Below, in pieces: positions 58,121 to 64,000 of a DNA stretch of 64,000 nucleotides. A program made the position numbers and the translations under genes. Below the pieces are notes generated by a model. It saw nothing but the letters and a program-made list of their open reading frames with translations. It had not been told where the DNA came from and did not search any database. Origin of the DNA: Kofleriaceae bacterium. Its GTDB lineage: Bacteria; Myxococcota_A; Polyangia; Haliangiales; Haliangiaceae. The stretch's first letter is position 1. The number at the start of each line of letters is the position of its first letter. The stretch is taken from assembly GCA_965215005.1 (NCBI GenBank), contig CBDCCZ010000014.1:128001-192000 (forward strand), written 5' to 3'.

Positions 58121-60019
58121 TCAGGCGGCGCGCGCCATCAACTCGGACATCAGCTGCACGAACGCCGACGGATCGTCGAGCGCGCCGCCCTCGGCCAACA
58201 CCGCCTGGCCGTAAAGGAGCTTTGCGTAGTCGCCGATGAGTGGATCCGAGCTCGATCCCGAATGCCGTGCCGCGAGCTTTTCCACAACCGGGTGCCGCGG
58301 GTTGACCTCGAGGATTCGCTTTGACGTCGGAATGCTTTGCCCGGTGGCCTTCATCAACCGCTCCATCTGAGGAGTGAGGTCACCCCCCGCGGTCACCAAG
58401 CACGTCGCCGACGTCGTGAGGCGCTTCGAAACCCGCACTTCCTTGACCTGCTCCTGCAGCGCCGCGCGCATCGCCATTAGCAATCCGTCGAGCTCCTGGC
58501 TTGCAGCTCCCTCGTCCTTGGTGGTCTCTTCGGCGCTGCTCTCCTCGGCTTTTTCGAGCTCGGGAACCTCGGCGGACAGGACACTCACCAGCTTCTTGTC
58601 CTGATACTCCGCCCGTTGTTGCAGCCAGATCTCATCCACCTGATCGGTGAAGAACAGCACCTCGATGCCGCGCTCGCGAAACGCTTCGAGGTGCGGCGAA
58701 CGCCGCAATGTGTCGAGATTTTGCCCCGTGAGGTAGTAGATGGATTCCTGACCCTCTTTCATCCGCTCGACGTATTCGGCCAGCGAGGTCGGCGCGTCGG
58801 GATCCCGGGTGGAAGCAGTGATGACCAGCTCGAGCACCCGCTCTTCGCGCTGGCCGCTGGTCAACAGCCCTTCTTTCAGGCAGGGCCCGAGCTCTCGCCA
58901 AAATTCCCGGTACCCGGGAGCATCATCCCGCTTTAGCTCGACCAGCGCATCCAGCACCTTTTTGACCAGGTGCTTGCGAATCACCTGTACCTGGCGATTC
59001 TGCTGAAGGAGCTCTCGCGAGACGTTCAGCGGCAGATCCTCGGCATCGACCACGCCCTTGACGAACCGCAAGTAGCTCGGCAAGAGCTCTTCGCACTCAT
59101 CCATGATGAAGACGCGCTTGACGTAGAGCTGCACGCCGCGCCGGCTCATGTCGCGGTAATACAGATCGAAGGGCGCCCGCGACGGAACGAACAGCAACGC
59201 ACGGGCCTCGAAGCTACCCTCGATCTTGGTGGCGATACGCAGCCGCGGGTCGCTCCAGTCATGCGAGACGTGTTTGTAGAACTCGTTATACTCCTGGTCG
59301 GTCACCTCGTCGGCGGGGCGTGTCCAGATCGCCTTCTGCGAGTTGAGGGTTTCCTCACCGCCGTCATCGCCTTCTTTGGCGATGCGGATCGGATAGCCGA
59401 CGAAGTCTGAATAGCGCCGAATCAGACCTTGCAGCACCCAACGGTCGGCGTAATCCGCGATGCCCTCTTCCTGATCGGCAGCGACGAGATGCAGCGTCAC
59501 GCTGGTGCCTGGAGTCTGCCGGCTGGCATCATCGACGGTGTAGGTGCCGTCTCCCGTCGATTCCCAGCGACTCGCGGCTTCCTCGCCGACCTTGCGCGTG
59601 ACCAGAACCACGCGCTCGGCGACCAAGAAGCTCGAGTAAAAGCCGACGCCAAACTGGCCGATGAGCTCTGGCCGTGCCTCGCCCTCGCCCTTCTGGCGCA
59701 GCAGCTCAGCCAACTCGCGAGTGCCCGAGCGAGCAATCGTGCCGATGTTGGCGATGAGCTCCTCGCGGCTCATGCCGATGCCGTTGTCGGAGATGGTGAG
59801 CGTGCGCGCGTCGCGATCGACCTCGAGCCGGATCGCCAGCTCCTCGGCGGCGGCGAGCTCGGGCTGGGTCACCGCCGCAAAGCGACGCTTATCCAACGCA
59901 TCGGAGGCGTTGGAGATCAGCTCGCGCAGGAAGATGTCGCGGTTGGAGTAGAGCGAGTGGATCATTAGATCCAACAGGCGCTTGGTCTCGGTCTGAAATT
60001 CGTAGCGGTTCGATGTCAT
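58121..60019 (-). CDS. htpG: Hsp90 chaperone HtpG
   Basis: FLRELISNASDA, DNGIGM, IGQFGVGFYS, LPLNVSRE. Confidence 0.98.
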   Translation of the reverse strand: MTSNRYEFQTETKRLLDLMIHSLYSNRDIFLRELISNASDALDKRRFAAVTQPELAAAEELAIRLEVDRDARTLTISDNGIGMSREELIANIGTIARSGTRELAELLRQKGEGEARPELIGQFGVGFYSSFLVAERVVLVTRKVGEEAASRWESTGDGTYTVDDASRQTPGTSVTLHLVAADQEEGIADYADRWVLQGLIRRYSDFVGYPIRIAKEGDDGGEETLNSQKAIWTRPADEVTDQEYNEFYKHVSHDWSDPRLRIATKIEGSFEARALLFVPSRAPFDLYYRDMSRRGVQLYVKRVFIMDECEELLPSYLRFVKGVVDAEDLPLNVSRELLQQNRQVQVIRKHLVKKVLDALVELKRDDAPGYREFWRELGPCLKEGLLTSGQREERVLELVITASTRDPDAPTSLAEYVERMKEGQESIYYLTGQNLDTLRRSPHLEAFRERGIEVLFFTDQVDEIWLQQRAEYQDKKLVSVLSAEVPELEKAEESSAEETTKDEGAASQELDGLLMAMRAALQEQVKEVRVSKRLTTSATCLVTAGGDLTPQMERLMKATGQSIPTSKRILEVNPRHPVVEKLAARHSGSSSDPLIGDYAKLLYGQAVLAEGGALDDPSAFVQLMSELMARAA

Positions 60020-60201
60020 GGCGTGTGGTCTCGGAAGGAAGCTGAGGGGGCTTGGTAAGCACGCCATGCCGGGCCCGCAAGGGTGAAATGTGCCTCCGGG
60101 GGCAAGATCCGGCAAGCTTCTGCTCAAACGAGCTCCTCGCATTCTGCCGCTGGCTCGTCACTGCCTTTACCGCTAGCCTGCCGGGAAACGTCGAGACCAC
60201 C

Positions 60202-60870
60202 ATGTCGATGCTCCGCCTGCAGCGAATCAACAAGTACTATCACGTCGGCCATCAGCCGCTGCACGTCCTACGCGACGTCGATCTTGCCGTTGAAGAAGGC
60301 GAGATGGTCTCGATCATGGGCTCCTCCGGCTCGGGCAAGTCGACGTTGCTCAACATCTTGGGAATCCTCGACGGCTACGACTCCGGTCGCTATTACCTCG
60401 GAGATACGCTCATCGACGGGCTCAGCGAAGCCAAGGCCGCGCAATATCGCAATCGCTTCCTCGGCTTCGTCTTTCAGTCGTTCAACTTGCTGGCTTTCAA
60501 GAACGCCATGGAGAACGTCGCCCTGCCGCTGTATTACCAGGGCGTCCCGCGGCGCAAGCGCAACGACTTGGCCCTCGAGTACCTCGAGCGCGTCGGCCTG
60601 GCGAGTTGGGCAGAACACTTGCCTTCAGAGTTGTCCGGCGGGCAAAAGCAGCGCGTGGCAATCGCTCGCGCGCTCATCGGTCAGCCGCGACTGATCCTCG
60701 CCGATGAGCCAACTGGCGCTCTCGACAGCGAGACCAGCTATCAAATCATGGAGCTGCTCGAAGGCATTCACCGGGACGGCATCACCATCGTGGTCGTGAC
60801 GCACGAAGCGGATATCGCCGAGCGCACCCAGCGCATCATCCGGCTCCATGACGGCAAGGTAGCCGCGTAG
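60202..60870 (+). CDS. ABC transporter ATP-binding protein (MacB/LolD-like)
   Basis: GSSGSGKS, LSGGQKQR, LADEPTG. Confidence 0.95.
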   Translation: MSMLRLQRINKYYHVGHQPLHVLRDVDLAVEEGEMVSIMGSSGSGKSTLLNILGILDGYDSGRYYLGDTLIDGLSEAKAAQYRNRFLGFVFQSFNLLAFKNAMENVALPLYYQGVPRRKRNDLALEYLERVGLASWAEHLPSELSGGQKQRVAIARALIGQPRLILADEPTGALDSETSYQIMELLEGIHRDGITIVVVTHEADIAERTQRIIRLHDGKVAA

Positions 60871-60872
60871 CC

Positions 60873-62102
60873 ATGTTCAGCCTCGATGTATGGCAGGAGA
60901 TTCTCGACACGATTCGCCGCAACAAGCTCCGCACCGCGCTCACCGCGCTGTCGGTGGCGTGGGGCATCTTCATGCTCGTGCTGCTGTTAGGCGCCGGGCG
61001 GGGACTGCAGAACAACATCGAGCACGAGTTTGCCGACGACGCCGTCAACAGTATTTGGTTCTTTGGTGGCGTCACCTCGATGCCACACCAAGGGCTGCCA
61101 ATCGGTCGCGAGATCACCTTCGACAACGATGACTACGACGCCATTCGCCGGCTTCCCGGTATCGAGCACCTCACCGGTCGCAACGAGCTGTGGGGCGAAG
61201 GCATCGTTCGCTATGGCGATAAGGCCTCGCCCTTCGACGTTCGCGCCAGCCATCCTGCGCATCAGTATATCGAGAACACCATCATCACCAGCGGGCGGTT
61301 CCTAAACCAGCTGGACCTCGACCAGCGCCGCAAGGTCGCGGTCATCGGCCAAGCAGTTGCCGAGTTTCTGTTCGCTGACGTCGATCCCCTCGGCGAGTGG
61401 ATCGACGTCAACGGCGTCAACTATCGCGTCGTGGGCGTGTTCAAAGACGAGGGTGGTGAGGGCGAGCTGCGCAAGGTCTACCTGCCGCTGAGCACGGCGC
61501 AACGCGCGCACGGCTTTGGCGACACCATCCATATGCTCATGCTCACCGTCGGCGATGCCTCGATGGAGGAAAGCCGCGAGCTGGAGAAGCGCGTGCGCCA
61601 ACTTCTCGCCAAGCGCCATGACTTCAATCCCGAGGATAGCCGCGCGCTTCGCTCACGTAACAACTTAGAAGGCTTTGCCGAAGTAAGCGAAGTGTTCCTG
61701 TTGATACGCCTGTTCGTATGGATCGTCGGCATCGGCACCATCATTGCGGGCGTGGTGGGTGTGTCGAACATCATGCTGATCGCGGTCAAGGAGCGCACGA
61801 AGGAGATCGGCGTGCGCAAGGCCATCGGCGCCACGCCTCGATCCATCGTCGCGATGATCGTTGCCGAATCGGTGTTCTTGACCGCGGCGAGTGGGTACCT
61901 CGGCTTGGTTGCGGGCGTGGGCGCGCTCGAGCTGGTGCGAGTCCTGGTCCCTGAGAACGACTACATTCGCGATCCGCAGGTGGACCTGGGGGTCGCGGTG
62001 AGCGCCACAGTATTGCTCATCGTCTGCGGCGCCCTCGCCGGCTACTTCCCCGCCCGCCGCGCTGCGCGGGTCAATCCGGTGATCGCGCTCAAGGACGAAT
62101 AG
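60873..62102 (+). CDS. ABC transporter permease (MacB/FtsX-like)
   Basis: KERTKEIGVRKAIGA, large periplasmic domain. Confidence 0.93.
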   Translation: MFSLDVWQEILDTIRRNKLRTALTALSVAWGIFMLVLLLGAGRGLQNNIEHEFADDAVNSIWFFGGVTSMPHQGLPIGREITFDNDDYDAIRRLPGIEHLTGRNELWGEGIVRYGDKASPFDVRASHPAHQYIENTIITSGRFLNQLDLDQRRKVAVIGQAVAEFLFADVDPLGEWIDVNGVNYRVVGVFKDEGGEGELRKVYLPLSTAQRAHGFGDTIHMLMLTVGDASMEESRELEKRVRQLLAKRHDFNPEDSRALRSRNNLEGFAEVSEVFLLIRLFVWIVGIGTIIAGVVGVSNIMLIAVKERTKEIGVRKAIGATPRSIVAMIVAESVFLTAASGYLGLVAGVGALELVRVLVPENDYIRDPQVDLGVAVSATVLLIVCGALAGYFPARRAARVNPVIALKDE

Positions 62103-63353
62103 ATGCTCGACGCGGACAAGTGGCAGGAGATTCTCGCGACCCTGCGCAAGAACAAGCTGCGCACGGCGCTCACCGCGCTCGGCGTGTTTTGGGGCGTCTT
62201 CATGTTGCTGGTCATGCTCGGCTTTGGCAATGGCTTGCAGCGCGGCGTCGCACGCAACATGCGCGGGTTTGCAACCAACAGCCTCTATGTTTGGGGCCAA
62301 CGCACCTCGATGCCGTTTCAGGGCCTGCAACCCAATCGCAGCGTCGACTTCGACAACAGCGACGTGGCGGCAATCCAGCTCGAGATTGCGGGCATCCGCT
62401 ATTTGGCGCCGCGCAATCGCCTCGGCGGCCATCGCGGCGGCGCTCAAGTTAGTCGCGACGGCAACGTGGGAACTTTCAACGTCACCGGCGATTTCCCCGA
62501 GATTGTCGAAATTACGCCGGTGCGGTTCGTGAGCGGTCGGTTCCTCAATCCGCTGGATCTGGCTCAGCGCCGCAAGGTGGCGGTAATCGGCCGCGCAGTC
62601 TACGATCAGATGTTTCGGGCCGGTGAGGATCCGATCGGTCAACACCTCAAGATCAACGGCGTGTACTTTCAGGTCGTTGGGCTGTTTGAGCCGCGGCAGA
62701 CGGGCGAGCAAGGGGATCGGCAGGCGCAAAACATCCACGTGCCGTTCACCACCTACCAGCAAGCCTTCAACATCGGCGACGAGGTCGGCTGGTTCGCGAT
62801 CATGGCGGAGCCAACCATTGGTGCCAGTGAGGTCGAGCAGCGCGTGCGACGGCTCCTGGCCGAGCGCCACAAGATTCATCCTGAAGATGAAATGGCGATA
62901 GGGTCGTTCAACGCCGAGGAGGCGTTTGGCAAAGTCCAGTCGCTGTTCATCGGCATTCAGGCGTTCATCTGGTTTGTGGGCGTCGTGACCCTCTTGGCCG
63001 GAGTCATCGGCGTTTCCAACATCATGTTGATCGTCGTGAAGGAGCGCACCAAGGAGATCGGCATCCGCAAGGCGCTCGGCGCCAGGCCGCTGTCGATCGT
63101 CTCGCTGGTGATTCAAGAGTCGGTGGTGCTCACTACCATCGCCGGTTACTGCGGGCTAGTCGCTGGAGTCGGGCTGCTAGAGCTGGTCGGGCGCCTGTTG
63201 CCCGCGGATGCGCCGCTCGCAGATCCCACCGTCGATCTGCAGATCGCCCTCATTGCCACCGCAATCCTGATCGTCGCCGGCGCGTTTGCCGGCGTCATTC
63301 CCGCAACCCACGCTGCCCGCATCAGTCCTATCGAAGCGCTGCGCGCAGAATGA
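62103..63353 (+). CDS. ABC transporter permease (MacB/FtsX-like), paralogue
   Basis: KERTKEIGIRKALGA. Confidence 0.93.
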   Translation: MLDADKWQEILATLRKNKLRTALTALGVFWGVFMLLVMLGFGNGLQRGVARNMRGFATNSLYVWGQRTSMPFQGLQPNRSVDFDNSDVAAIQLEIAGIRYLAPRNRLGGHRGGAQVSRDGNVGTFNVTGDFPEIVEITPVRFVSGRFLNPLDLAQRRKVAVIGRAVYDQMFRAGEDPIGQHLKINGVYFQVVGLFEPRQTGEQGDRQAQNIHVPFTTYQQAFNIGDEVGWFAIMAEPTIGASEVEQRVRRLLAERHKIHPEDEMAIGSFNAEEAFGKVQSLFIGIQAFIWFVGVVTLLAGVIGVSNIMLIVVKERTKEIGIRKALGARPLSIVSLVIQESVVLTTIAGYCGLVAGVGLLELVGRLLPADAPLADPTVDLQIALIATAILIVAGAFAGVIPATHAARISPIEALRAE

Positions 63354-63370
63354 CCGCCGAGAGCATGTCT

Positions 63371-64000
63371 ATGAAGAGAGTTGCTTGGATCATCGTAGCC
63401 CTCACTCTGCTCGGTGTGTTTGGCTACACGCTGGTGTTTCTGTGGAGCAAGTCGCAGACGCCGCCGACCGTGTACGAGACGGAAGAGCCCGTTCACACCG
63501 ACATCGTCAAGAAGACCGTCGCCACCGGAGCCATCATTCCGCGGCAAGAGGTGGAGATCAAACCGCGGGTTTCGGGCGTCATCGAGGAGCTAGCGGTCGA
63601 GCCGGGTGCCGCGATCAAGCGCGGTGATCTCATTGCACGGATCGAGATCGTCCCCGACGTCGTCACGGTCAACCGTGCGGAGTCCGAGCTCGCAGCCGCC
63701 AAGATAAGTTTTGGCAACGCGCAGCGCGAGCTCGAGCGCCACCAGCGGCTGTTCGAGAAGAAGGTCCTATCAGAGACCGAGCTGGCGCAGCGACGGCTTG
63801 AATTCGAGCTGCGCCAGCAGGAGCTCGCCGCGGCAGCGTCTAACCTGCAACTGATTAAAGAAGGCGCTTCGCGCAACTCGGGCAAAGTCTCGAATGAAGT
63901 GCGCTCAACCGTCGACGGAATGGTGCTCGAAGTCCCGGTGCGGGTTGGGGAGTCGGTGATCGAGAGCAACACGTTCAACGCCGGCACCACCATCGCGTTC
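63371..64000 (+). CDS. efflux periplasmic adaptor (MacA/HlyD-like), partial
   Basis: Manual translation MKRVAWII...ATGAIIPRQEVEIKPRVSG...VRSTVDGMVL; runs off the window. Confidence 0.88.
   Translation, partial: MKRVAWIIVALTLLGVFGYTLVFLWSKSQTPPTVYETEEPVHTDIVKKTVATGAIIPRQEVEIKPRVSGVIEELAVEPGAAIKRGDLIARIEIVPDVVTVNRAESELAAAKISFGNAQRELERHQRLFEKKVLSETELAQRRLEFELRQQELAAAASNLQLIKEGASRNSGKVSNEVRSTVDGMVLEVPVRVGESVIESNTFNAGTTIAF

Noticed and set aside
60202..64000. MacAB-type exporter as the RiPP transporter
   Set aside because: About 50 kb away, common family, no C39 peptidase domain

Overview
GC-rich bacterial DNA, very probably from a myxobacterium (MYXO-CTERM protein, AgmX-like lipoproteins, giant Ser/Thr kinase, MYXAN-type CRISPR-Cas). 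From left to right: (i) a partial Ser/Thr kinase-ATPase; (ii) a sigma54-driven RiPP-like operon (3.8-9.8 kb) with an NHLP-leader precursor whose Cys-free core carries a duplicated ENWGxE motif, a cyclase-less LanM-type dehydratase, three JmjC/cupin oxygenases and a GNAT; (iii) secreted and lipoprotein genes, including a two-haem-motif lipoprotein and a MYXO-CTERM protein; (iv) an ECF-like membrane protein with a poly-Gly linker, coupled to two molybdenum-storage (MosA/MosB-like) genes; (v) tRNA-Gln and tRNA-Glu, followed by a decayed accessory island holding an 80-repeat CRISPR array and a type I-B2/MYXAN cas operon (cas6-cas3-cas8-cas7-cas5-cas4/1-cas2), in which cas1 has an internal stop and cas2 a frameshift. 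Upstream of cas6 is a degenerate one-spacer mini-array whose spacer matches a PAM-flanked site about 100 bp away, a candidate CRISPR-like regulatory RNA; (vi) housekeeping genes (gltA, apaG, htpG, GST, permeases, a MacAB-type exporter) and one IS630 element carrying a small wHTH passenger gene. All family calls come from motif recognition by eye; no database searches were run.
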